Positions 52,346 to 61,095 of a DNA stretch of 64,000 nucleotides are shown here, in pieces (the stretch's first letter is position 1; the number at the start of each line of letters is the position of its first letter). The stretch comes from a bacterium. GTDB taxonomy: Bacteria; Zhuqueibacterota; Zhuqueibacteria; Residuimicrobiales; Krinioviventaceae. The translations under genes were made by a program, and so were the position numbers. The DNA is taken from positions 704,001-768,000 of the forward strand of contig CAXXMD010000002.1 of the NCBI GenBank assembly GCA_963675755.2, given 5' to 3'. The notes under the pieces were generated by a model, which was not told the DNA's origin, searched no databases, and saw only the letters and a list, made by a program, of their open reading frames with translations.

Positions 52346-53628
52346 TTATCCATCCGCCTGTATATAGATTGTGCATGTGCTGTTAAAGCTTCACTGTTTG
52401 CAAATTTGATAATCTTGTTGCCATGCTTTTGAATGGCTTTTTGAGAATAATGGATAATACTGCTGGTTTTCAGAAAATCTTCTGTACGCAATGGACTGAA
52501 AAATCGTGCGGAACCATTTGTTGGCAATACGTGATTCGGACCTGCCCAATAATCTCCCACCGCTTCGGGTGAATAAGAACCTAAAAAGATTGCTCCCGCA
52601 TTTGTAATATTTTCAACAGCTTCCCATGCGTTTTCCACATGCAAACCCAAATGTTCAGGCGCAAGTCGATTAGATATTTCTATACATTCCTGCATAGAGT
52701 CAGCAAGGATTACAGCGCCATAATCTGTTAGCGATGAATCAATTATCTCTGAACGTTCGAGTAAATCGGTTTGCTTTTCCACCTGCTCTATTACATTATT
52801 GGCAAGGGTTTCTGAATCCGTAATAACGATTGATGATGCAAGCGGATCATGCTCTGCCTGGGCCAGTAAATCTGCTGCAACATATTCTGCGTTTGCCGTA
52901 GCATCTGCCAATACCACAACTTCACTTGGGCCCGCAACCATATCAATGCCACATTGACCGTATAGCATTTTCTTGGCAGTTGCGACATAGATGTTACCGG
53001 GACCTACGATCTTGTCTACACGGGGTATGGTTGCCGTACCAAATGCCATTGATGCAATTGCCTGTGCGCCTCCTACACGAAAAACACGGGTTATACCCAG
53101 TTCGTATGCCGCGGCAAGGATTGTTGGATTAACATTTCCATCTTTATCCGCAGGAGTGGTAACAATAATCTCCTTAACACCGGCAACCTGTGCCGGTACT
53201 ACACCCATCAGCATTGAAGATGGATACGCGGCACGACCACCGGGCACATATACACCTACTCGCTCAAGCGGCATGACACGCTGTCCCAGAACAACACCAT
53301 CCTCTTCCCAACTCATCCAGGATTGCGGTAATCCTTTACTGTGAAAACGCTTGATATTATCGCGTGATTCACGGATCACCTGTAGCAATTGCGGATCAAG
53401 ATCGGCATGTGCTTTTTTCAATACGTCGAGAGGCACCTTGATACCCATTGCGGAAAGATCTACATTGTCAAATTTTTCCGTGTATTCCAAAAGCGCCGCA
53501 TCTTTACGCGTACGGATATTTTTAAGAATAACCGCAACGGCTTTATCGATTTCATCGGAAACCTGTGTACGTCTGGATTCAAATTTATCCAGAAAGGTCT
53601 TAATTTGTTCTTTTTGATAAAGATTCAT
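52342..53628 (-). CDS. hisD: Histidinol dehydrogenase
   Basis: YVPGG, GPGNIYV, AGPSE, QAEHD, APEHL and GPNHVLPT motifs. Confidence 0.98.
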   Translation of the reverse strand: MNLYQKEQIKTFLDKFESRRTQVSDEIDKAVAVILKNIRTRKDAALLEYTEKFDNVDLSAMGIKVPLDVLKKAHADLDPQLLQVIRESRDNIKRFHSKGLPQSWMSWEEDGVVLGQRVMPLERVGVYVPGGRAAYPSSMLMGVVPAQVAGVKEIIVTTPADKDGNVNPTILAAAYELGITRVFRVGGAQAIASMAFGTATIPRVDKIVGPGNIYVATAKKMLYGQCGIDMVAGPSEVVVLADATANAEYVAADLLAQAEHDPLASSIVITDSETLANNVIEQVEKQTDLLERSEIIDSSLTDYGAVILADSMQECIEISNRLAPEHLGLHVENAWEAVENITNAGAIFLGSYSPEAVGDYWAGPNHVLPTNGSARFFSPLRTEDFLKTSSIIHYSQKAIQKHGNKIIKFANSEALTAHAQSIYRRMDK

Positions 53629-53642
53629 TTTTCTATCCGTTT

Positions 53643-54539
53643 TTAAAAAATGACTTTATTTAAAGGATACTCTATAATATCCTGTGCCCCTGCACGCTTG
53701 AGGGTCGGAATTAAATCTTTGACCATTTTTTCTTCAACAATAATCTCAACTGCAACCCAATCTTCACCATAAAGAGAAGAAATAGTTGGTTTTTTCATAG
53801 CCGGCAAAACATTAATCAATTCATCAATTTTATTTTTAGGAAGGTTCATCTTTAAACCTACCTTGCCTTCTGCCTGGATTGCGCTTTGCAATAGCATGTT
53901 TAAATCTTCAATTTTTTGACGCTTTTCTGGATTCTTCCAGCTTTCTTTATTGGCAATAATCAAAGTACGGGATTCTAAAAGTGTATCAATAATTCGTAAA
54001 TTGTTTGCGCGTAAAGAGCTTCCGGTTTCGGTTACTTCAACAATTGCATCAACCAGTGTAGGAGCTTTAACTTCTGTCGCTCCCCAGGAGAATTCAACTT
54101 CAGCATTAACACCATTTTTTTCAAGATAATCCTGGGTTAATTGCACAATTTCAGTAGCAATACGTTTACCTTCAAGATCTTTAACGCTCTTGATATCGGA
54201 ATCATTGGGTACAGCCAAAACCCAGCGAACAGGACGCATAGTAGCTTTTGCATAAGTCAACTCGCCGACTTCAACCACATCCGCGCGGTTTTCCATAACC
54301 CAGTCACGTCCGGTCAGACCGACATCAAACACACCGTCTTCAACATATTTTGCAATTTCCTGTGCACGGATCAAAATCGCCTGGATGTTTTCATCATCAA
54401 TGGATGGAAAATAAGAACGTGAACTGACTGAAAAATAATATCCTGCTTTTTCAAGCAATCTAAAAGTGGAATCCTGCAAGCTGCCTTTGGGTAAACCTAC
54501 CTTTAAAACTGTATCGTCTAATGTACTGAGGCTGGCCAT
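53643..54539 (-). CDS. hisG: ATP phosphoribosyltransferase (long form)
   Basis: [15 protein letters not shown] and ETGSSLRAN motifs; C-terminal regulatory domain. Confidence 0.97.
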   Translation of the reverse strand: MASLSTLDDTVLKVGLPKGSLQDSTFRLLEKAGYYFSVSSRSYFPSIDDENIQAILIRAQEIAKYVEDGVFDVGLTGRDWVMENRADVVEVGELTYAKATMRPVRWVLAVPNDSDIKSVKDLEGKRIATEIVQLTQDYLEKNGVNAEVEFSWGATEVKAPTLVDAIVEVTETGSSLRANNLRIIDTLLESRTLIIANKESWKNPEKRQKIEDLNMLLQSAIQAEGKVGLKMNLPKNKIDELINVLPAMKKPTISSLYGEDWVAVEIIVEEKMVKDLIPTLKRAGAQDIIEYPLNKVIF

Positions 54540-54570
54540 AATTCAATTCTCCTGATTTAATTCATAAACA

Positions 54571-54646
54571 AAAAAAAAAGCCCACCGAAATTTCGGTGGG
54601 CTGTATTAAAAAAATTTATTTTATAGATATACTGGTCATCCCACCT
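54571..54646 (-). promoter_or_regulatory. his attenuator (terminator/antiterminator)
   Basis: AGCCCACCGAAATTTCGGTGGGCT followed by a T run; upstream GGTGGG can pair with CCCACC. Confidence 0.88.
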
Positions 54647-54648
54647 AT

Positions 54649-54696
54649 TTAGGTTATGTGCAAATGGTGATGATGATGTACAGTATAATTTAGCAT
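54649..54696 (-). CDS. hisL: his operon leader peptide MLNYTVHHHHHLHIT
   Basis: Six His codons in 15; located between promoter TTGCAT...TATATT and the terminator. Confidence 0.88.
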   Translation of the reverse strand: MLNYTVHHHHHLHIT

Positions 54697-54765
54697 TTCA
54701 TTTCCTTAATTAATTAAAGGAATATAACATTGATTTTTATTAAATGCAAGGTTTTTTTGTTGATT

Positions 54766-54886
54766 AGTTGTCAGCAGTCAGTATTCAGTTGTCAGAAGTC
54801 AGGTGAAACGTCAGATGTGAGATGGGGTAAAGCTGTAAGCTGTAAGTAAAGAGTAATCAGTAGTCAGTGATCAGTAATCAGTAAAA
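54766..54886. repeat. Degenerate heptanucleotide tandem repeats
   Basis: AGTTGTC AGCAGTC AGTATTC AGTTGTC AGAAGTC ... AAGCTGT AAGCTGT ... AGTAATC AGTAGTC AGTGATC AGTAATC. Confidence 0.8.
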
Positions 54887-54916
54887 ACTTGAAACATGAT
54901 AAAAGAGCACAGAACC

Positions 54917-54969
54917 GGGCCTTGTCCTTCGATACGGTCCGTTTCACGGACCTACTCAGGAACCGGCCC
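54917..54969. repeat. Bulged extragenic palindrome (CTTCGATAC...TACTCAG type)
   Basis: GGGCC..TCCT-TCGATAC-GGTCCGT-TTC-ACGGACC-TACTC-AGGA..GGCCC. Confidence 0.7.
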
Positions 54970-54982
54970 TTTTATGCCTATA

Positions 54983-55059
54983 CTATTTTACCACCTCTTG
55001 TACACTTCACGAGCTACAACCAGCTCTTCATTGGTCTCTACAACTACAATTTTAACTTT
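54983..55059 (-). repeat. Displaced duplicate of the ackA 3' end
   Basis: 44 bp (55016-55059) identical to 55176-55219, then synonymous differences to the stop codon. Confidence 0.9.
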
Positions 55060-55064
55060 ATACT

Positions 55065-55132
55065 CTGGTTCCGTGGCTCTGCCGCGGAACCGAAAATGAG
55101 TTTTCCGTGCCCAGGCAGAGCCAGGGCACGAG
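55065..55132. repeat. Inverted REP doublet (REPIN-like)
   Basis: CTGGTTCCGTGGCTCTGCCGCGGAACC (+) and CTCGTGCCCTGGCTCTGCCTGGGCACG (-). Confidence 0.8.
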
Positions 55133-55144
55133 GAAAAACAAAAA

Positions 55145-56330
55145 TTATTTTACCACTTTATAGACTTCACGCGCAACAACCAGCTCTTCATTGGTCTCTA
55201 CAACTACAATTTTAACTTTGGATGAGGATTTAGAGATTACCGCCTCTCCTTTCACACTGTTATTCAGGTCTTCATCCAGTTCAATACCCAGGCATTCAAG
55301 TCCTGAACAAATCTCTTTGCGGAATGGCGCGCTCTTTTCTCCTATACCACCGGTAAAGGACAATACATCGCAGCCGCCTAAAACTGCATAATACGCACCG
55401 ATATAAGTTTTTACACGGTAACAGTAGGTCTGCATGGCAAGCAGCGCGCGTTTATCACCGGCAAGGGCATCCAGTTCAATTTGCAGAACGTCTTTGTTAC
55501 CGCCGGCAATTCCTGACAGTCCCCCTTGCGATTGCAGCAGCTCGGCTACTTCATCAACACTCAGGTTTTCTTCTTTTTGCAAAAACAATGGGATAAACGG
55601 ATCGAGATCTCCGCAGCGATTGGCATTTAACAGTCCACTTTGCGGAGAAAAGGACATGCTGGTATCCATGGACTCGCCGTTTTTAATTGCACACATGGAT
55701 GAGCTGCCACCCAAATGACAGGATATAACTTTGGCGTCATTGGGATCAATTCCGGCAAATGTTGGAGCATATTGTGAAATAAACCGGTGTGACGCTCCAT
55801 GAAATCCATATTTACGGATGCTGTGCTTTTGTTCCAGTTCATACGGAATACCGGTCGTATAAGCATAATCAGGTATGGTTTTGTGAAATGCCGGTTCAAA
55901 CAATCCCACACACGGGATTTCAGGCACCAGCGATTGAAAACTCTTGATGGCATTGATATATGGTGGATTATGGGCCGGGGGCCAGAAATACATAATCCTC
56001 CATGGCCTGCAACACCTTATCATCCAGAACGCGGCATTCAATCATGCCTTTACCATGTACAGTCTTGAAACCGATTGCACCCAATTCGCTCAATGATTTT
56101 AATACCTTGTCATTACCCACAAGACAATCGATACAGTATTGCAGAGCGTCAGTATAACCTTTAAATGACACGGTTTTCTTTTGCTCGGAATTCAACGCCT
56201 GAATGGATATCTTGGATTCAGGATAACCGATATTCTCAATCTTGCCGCTGGCAAGTATCTCTTCGGTTTCCATATCAAACAATTTGAATTTAAATGAAGT
56301 GCTGCCTACGTTGGCTACAAGAATTTTCAT
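55145..56330 (-). CDS. ackA: Acetate/propionate kinase (frameshifts about 55970-56000)
   Basis: MKILVANVGSTSFK, PAHNPP, RKYGFHGASH, CHLGGSSS, FTGGIGE and TNEE motifs. Confidence 0.9.
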
Positions 56331-56337
56331 TTTTCCC

Positions 56338-57294
56338 TCAATTTTTTTGCTGCTTTTCATACATTTCAGCGGCCAGACACATGGCACCTACCATGCCAGC
56401 TTCATTACCCAATTGTGCACGTTTCAGTTTCAGACCGATCAGGTTGGGGCCCAGTGCATGCTTGCTCAATACTTTCCAAACCTCATCAATCAGTTCATCG
56501 CCCGCATCTGAAACTCCACCGCCAATAACAAATACTTCCGGATTAAATACATTTGCAAGACTGGCAAGTGCAAAACCCAGGTATTTGGCAGTTATTTCCA
56601 AAGTTTCTACGGCTTCTTTTTCACCTTCTTTAATCCTGGCAAAGATATATTCGGTATTAATCCCATCAATAGGGATACTTTTCAATTCACAGTAGGTTTC
56701 TACAATGCCGGTTGCCGAAGCGTATCTTTCAATACATCCAACATTATTACACGGACATGGTTTACCATTCAAATCTACAGACATGTGCCCAATTTCCGCA
56801 CCGGCAAAGTTATAACCCCGGTAAATTTCATTATTTAAAAGAATACCGCCGCCAATACCTGTGCCCAGTGTCAAAGCAATCATATAAGCAGCACCTTTAG
56901 CAGCACCCTGTCGTGCTTCAGCAAAGGCCATTACATTGGCGTCATTGTCTGCCCATGTGGGGATATTGTAACGTCCCACAATTTGCCCGCGTATATCTGC
57001 ATCTACCCATTTGGGTAAATTGGGAGTCGTACCCACTTGTTTTCCTGTTTCAAAATTGATAGCACCGGGACTCCCAAGTCCAATTGCAATAACTTTGGTA
57101 TCCATCTTTTCAGCTTCATCAAGCAATTCTTGAATAGAATCCAGAATTACCTCAAAAATCTTTTCCATACTTTCATGGGCTTTGCTTGGCGTTTTGCGAG
57201 ATATAATCAATTCACCATTTTTTGTGCCCAAAGCGTATTTTAAAAATGTTCCTCCCAGATCCAGACCAATTGCTAATTCCTTTTCCCTGGTCAT
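56338..57294 (-). CDS. ROK family sugar kinase
   Basis: DLGGT, NDAN, LGTGIGGG and EIGH...CPCNNVGCIE motifs. Confidence 0.95.
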   Translation of the reverse strand: MTREKELAIGLDLGGTFLKYALGTKNGELIISRKTPSKAHESMEKIFEVILDSIQELLDEAEKMDTKVIAIGLGSPGAINFETGKQVGTTPNLPKWVDADIRGQIVGRYNIPTWADNDANVMAFAEARQGAAKGAAYMIALTLGTGIGGGILLNNEIYRGYNFAGAEIGHMSVDLNGKPCPCNNVGCIERYASATGIVETYCELKSIPIDGINTEYIFARIKEGEKEAVETLEITAKYLGFALASLANVFNPEVFVIGGGVSDAGDELIDEVWKVLSKHALGPNLIGLKLKRAQLGNEAGMVGAMCLAAEMYEKQQKN

Positions 57295-57335
57295 TCAACC
57301 TCCATAGTTCTTGTTAACCCAAACTCCTCGATAAA

Positions 57336-58082
57336 TTACCTGAATAGTTTTTGCACATTTTCATAGGCTTCTAACGTACCAATATCATAATATGCTTCTT
57401 GCATAATATGTGCAAAAACCGGTTTTTGTTGATACAGCCAGCCGGTAAAATTGCCGGGTGCATCGGGATTGTTTCCTTCATCCAGATATTTTTTAATTAA
57501 AGGTAATGTTTCTTTTCTATACAAATAAAATGCTGGTGCTACATAATTTGATTTTGGCTGTTGGGGTTTTTCCTCAAATCCAATAATTTGCTGGTTTTCA
57601 TCCAATTCCATTATACCGGAACGTTGAAGCTTTTCCAGATTATCAACAGGATGTGCCAACACCACATCAGCCTGTTTTTCTCTATACATGGCCAGCATAT
57701 CTACAAACGATGATTTGTACACATTATCACCGGCAGTAACCAAAAGCTCACTATCAATCTTGTGTTTATCAACAACAAATTGAATATCCGCAATGGCACC
57801 CAAGCGGGTTTCGTTGCTGGCTGTACCATCGTTTACAATGACAATATCAAACTGGGGAAAAATCTTTTTTTCATTGATTTCACTGGCCCAGTTTTCAAAA
57901 ACAGATGAAAATTTATCATTGGTAACAATATATACTTTATCAATACAATTCAATTCTACAAAATCATCAAGAATATATTCTACAAGGGTTTTATTACCCA
58001 GTTGTAATAAAGGTTTAGGACGATCTTTTGTTAGTGGATACAAACGGGTAGCATAACCCGCAGCTAGTATGATTGCCTGCAT
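57336..58082 (-). CDS. Sugar-phosphate nucleotidyltransferase family protein
   Basis: ILAAGYATRLYPLT...PKPLL, EEKP and DIGT motifs. Confidence 0.92.
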   Translation of the reverse strand: MQAIILAAGYATRLYPLTKDRPKPLLQLGNKTLVEYILDDFVELNCIDKVYIVTNDKFSSVFENWASEINEKKIFPQFDIVIVNDGTASNETRLGAIADIQFVVDKHKIDSELLVTAGDNVYKSSFVDMLAMYREKQADVVLAHPVDNLEKLQRSGIMELDENQQIIGFEEKPQQPKSNYVAPAFYLYRKETLPLIKKYLDEGNNPDAPGNFTGWLYQQKPVFAHIMQEAYYDIGTLEAYENVQKLFR

Positions 58083-58132
58083 AGATTCAATACTCCATAA
58101 ACTTTAGAAATTTTAGAAATAGTGTAGGAAAA

Positions 58133-58435
58133 TCAGGATAATTTATAAACAGAATCCTTTACGCGCTCAAATGTAACCGTTTGCCCAAAATGTGGACGAA
58201 AGGTTTTGATAAATGGCGTAAGGTCTATTCTGTAATGAACATGTGGCTTTTGTGGACCTCTGCACCAACAATTCACAATTGAAATTTTTGAATCATACGT
58301 TTCATCTTTAACAACAACCTGAAAAGAAACATCAGGCTTTGGAAAAAGCTTCAAGCTGTCTTGCAAAATCATTACATATCTTCCATTTGCCTCGTCGCTT
58401 GAAAGTTTTCTTTTATATATAATTTTTCTATCCAT
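58133..58435 (-). CDS. Hypothetical protein with CxC...HxH motif
   Basis: 100-aa ORF tightly packed after def. Confidence 0.7.
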   Translation of the reverse strand: MDRKIIYKRKLSSDEANGRYVMILQDSLKLFPKPDVSFQVVVKDETYDSKISIVNCWCRGPQKPHVHYRIDLTPFIKTFRPHFGQTVTFERVKDSVYKLS

Positions 58436-58443
58436 TTTAACCC

Positions 58444-59028
58444 TCAGGATTTATTTTGTGGTTTGAAATAAAGTTCTTCATCTTCTTCATAAAGATTTTC
58501 AGCATAAAACCGATCCACTTCATCAAGTGTTACAGGTTTATTTGAAGGAAAGCCTTCAAGGTCATCATTATCAATCCACTCTAATGTGGAAAGATCTGCT
58601 CTGTCAATATACAGTGTACCATTTAAATGATCAATTTCGTGCTGCATGACTATTGCCAACAACCCTTTGGCAGTAATTTCAACAGGTTCACCCTTTTCGT
58701 TCAAAGCTTTTACCACAACTTTGGTATATCTGGGCACATTTGCCTGCAAACCCGGCAAACTCAAACAACCTTCACCACCTTCTTCCATGGATTCGCTGTG
58801 CGCAACAATTTCAGGGTTGATAAGAATATAGGTGTTATCAAAATCATGAGCAACAATAACTCGTTTTAATACATTTACCTGGTTGGCTGCCAGTCCCACG
58901 CCATCTCTTTCATGCATGGTTTCAACCATATCTTTTAAAAACTGCTCATCCAGCTCTTCGGGTTTTACAGGTTCTGCAACGGTACGTAATGTAGGATGAC
59001 CGTAATAGATTACATCAAGAATTGCCAT
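58444..59028 (-). CDS. def: Peptide deformylase
   Basis: GVGLAANQ, EGCLS and QHEIDHLNG motifs. Confidence 0.97.
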   Translation of the reverse strand: MAILDVIYYGHPTLRTVAEPVKPEELDEQFLKDMVETMHERDGVGLAANQVNVLKRVIVAHDFDNTYILINPEIVAHSESMEEGGEGCLSLPGLQANVPRYTKVVVKALNEKGEPVEITAKGLLAIVMQHEIDHLNGTLYIDRADLSTLEWIDNDDLEGFPSNKPVTLDEVDRFYAENLYEEDEELYFKPQNKS

Positions 59029-59037
59029 GATTTTTCC

Positions 59038-59502
59038 TTAATTATTTTCTCGTCTCTCTTTGCGCGCTTTACGTCTTGCACCTGCCTGATCCCATCTTTT
59101 AAGTTCTTCAGGGGTTTCAGCGTGTAATTCCGGTAACTTGCAGGGTTTGTGATCTTTGGTCATACCGACTATAATAAAATAGGCTTTGGCCGCTAAAAAT
59201 TTATCTCCATTATAGGTATTGCTGGCCCATACTTCAACCTGAACATCCATTGATGTGGTAAATGTTCTGCAAAGAATGGCTGTAACAGTTATAACGTGAC
59301 CAACCTGTATGGGTTTGAAGAATGTAACGGATTCGACAGAAACAGTTGTAACCCTGGCTTCTGAATGTCGCCTTGCACAGATTGCAGAGGTTTCATCCAT
59401 CAGATTTAACAAATGACCACCAAAAATAGTACCGATGGTATTTGCATGTTCTGGCATTGCCAGTGTACTGGATTCTGTATAAGAATCAATTGGCTTTTTC
59501 AT
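59038..59502 (-). CDS. Acyl-CoA thioesterase (YciA-like hotdog fold)
   Basis: PEHANTIGTIFGG...MDE and TSMDVQV motifs. Confidence 0.92.
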   Translation of the reverse strand: MKKPIDSYTESSTLAMPEHANTIGTIFGGHLLNLMDETSAICARRHSEARVTTVSVESVTFFKPIQVGHVITVTAILCRTFTTSMDVQVEVWASNTYNGDKFLAAKAYFIIVGMTKDHKPCKLPELHAETPEELKRWDQAGARRKARKERRENN

Positions 59503-60365
59503 GCTGCGGCTCCACAACCAGAATACTGCTCATCCGCATGATACGAACTGCGAACCAATGGACCGGATTCGATATGATCAAATCCCAATCCCAGGCCAAT
59601 TTGCTTATATTGTTCAAACTCTTCAGGAGTAACAAACCGTTCTATAGCCAAATGGTCTTTTGTTGGCTGCAAGTACTGACCAATTGTCAAAATTTTGCAA
59701 TTAACAGCCAGCAAATCTTTCATCAAATCTACTATCTCGTCAAGTGTTTCACCCACACCAACCATTATACCAGATTTTGTAACAGCTCCCATCTTGAAAG
59801 CATTTTCTAAAACAGTAAGAGATTGTTTGTAATTTGCTTGCGGCCTTACTTTGCTGTATAATGAAGGTACGGTTTCAACATTGTGGTTCAAAATGTCAGG
59901 GCCGGCATCGAGCACAGTTTTTAAAGCTTCAATATTCCCTTTGAAATCAGGGATCAACACTTCAATCTTACAATCGGGTTGCTTTTCCTGAATCAGGCGA
60001 ATAGTTTCTGCAAAATGGGCTGAACCTCCATCTGCAAGATCATCACGGGTAACCGAAGTTACAACTGCATATCGTAAATCCAGTGCTTTAACTGCATTTG
60101 CAACACGTCTGGGCTCATCAGCATCCAGCTCGCCGGGTTTTCCGGTTGTCACTGCACAAAAACGGCAGTTACGTGTACAAATATCTCCTAGAATCATGAA
60201 TGTTGCAGTACGGCGACTCCAACACTCTCCCTGATTAGGACATCTGGCACTTTGACAAACAGTAAACAGGTTTTCATCCTGTATGATCTCATTCACCTTG
60301 GAATAATCATTGCCACCCGGCAGCTTAATTTTTAACCAATGGGGTCTTCTTTTATATATTTTCAT
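59499..60365 (-). CDS. lipA: Lipoyl synthase
   Basis: CQSARCPNQGEC, CTRNCRFC and VRSSY motifs. Confidence 0.98.
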   Translation of the reverse strand: MKIYKRRPHWLKIKLPGGNDYSKVNEIIQDENLFTVCQSARCPNQGECWSRRTATFMILGDICTRNCRFCAVTTGKPGELDADEPRRVANAVKALDLRYAVVTSVTRDDLADGGSAHFAETIRLIQEKQPDCKIEVLIPDFKGNIEALKTVLDAGPDILNHNVETVPSLYSKVRPQANYKQSLTVLENAFKMGAVTKSGIMVGVGETLDEIVDLMKDLLAVNCKILTIGQYLQPTKDHLAIERFVTPEEFEQYKQIGLGLGFDHIESGPLVRSSYHADEQYSGCGAAA

Positions 60366-60387
60366 AATACCATGTATATTTTATTGA

Positions 60388-61077
60388 TCAATCCTGATCC
60401 CAGGTTTCCTTGTTGACAATATACTTGCCAAATGCTTCCTGAGTCCAGGGCATATATTCACCAAACATTTCATTTATAGCATTTGCAAACTCGCGAATTT
60501 CATATTGAGCATGATCATCCATGCGAAGATTCAGGAAATTCATAAGCGAGCGAGCATTGATCGTCCAGTAAAATTGTGTATATAAAGACAAGGGTAATAC
60601 AATACGTGCATGTTCTTTTGCAACACCCTTTTCAAGCAGTTCATGATAGAGTTCATAAGAATCCTGAAAATGCTTTTCAATTTTAGCCAGCAATTCAGCA
60701 TTTAATTCAGATTCAACCTCTGTGTATTTATAATTGCGGGCCTTTTGCGAACGCAATACATCCGGAACACAAAATTCTTCTTTCATCTCTGCATAACGAC
60801 CGGATATTTCATTATAACTCGAGATTCTGTGTCTGAACCACTGTCTTGCCACAAAAATAGGACATTTGATGTGAAATTTAAATACAGAATGTTCAAATGG
60901 AGTTTCGTGATGATTTGCCATGAGAAAAAATAACAGCTTTTTATCACGTTCGTCGTTGGTAACTCCTTTTCCAAAAGACACGCGTGCAGCTTGAACTACG
61001 GCATTATCACCACCCATAAAATCAACAAGCTTTACAAATCCTTTGTCCAGAACATTTATTTCCTTTAAAAACTCCAC
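60388..61077 (-). CDS. thyX: FAD-dependent thymidylate synthase
   Basis: AARVS, HETPFEH, RHRISSYNEISGRY and AQYEIR motifs. Confidence 0.97.
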   Translation of the reverse strand: MEFLKEINVLDKGFVKLVDFMGGDNAVVQAARVSFGKGVTNDERDKKLLFFLMANHHETPFEHSVFKFHIKCPIFVARQWFRHRISSYNEISGRYAEMKEEFCVPDVLRSQKARNYKYTEVESELNAELLAKIEKHFQDSYELYHELLEKGVAKEHARIVLPLSLYTQFYWTINARSLMNFLNLRMDDHAQYEIREFANAINEMFGEYMPWTQEAFGKYIVNKETWDQD

Positions 61078-61095
61078 TCTAACCTCACTGTATTA

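Noticed and set aside
54889-55215. 108-aa and 67-aa plus-strand ORFs
   Set aside because: They read through repeats and antisense ackA, with no coding features
54766-55219. CRISPR array
   Set aside because: No constant 25-45 bp repeats with unique spacers and no cas genes
54983-55219. DGR template/variable repeat pair
   Set aside because: Differences are synonymous rather than adenine-specific, and there is no reverse transcriptase
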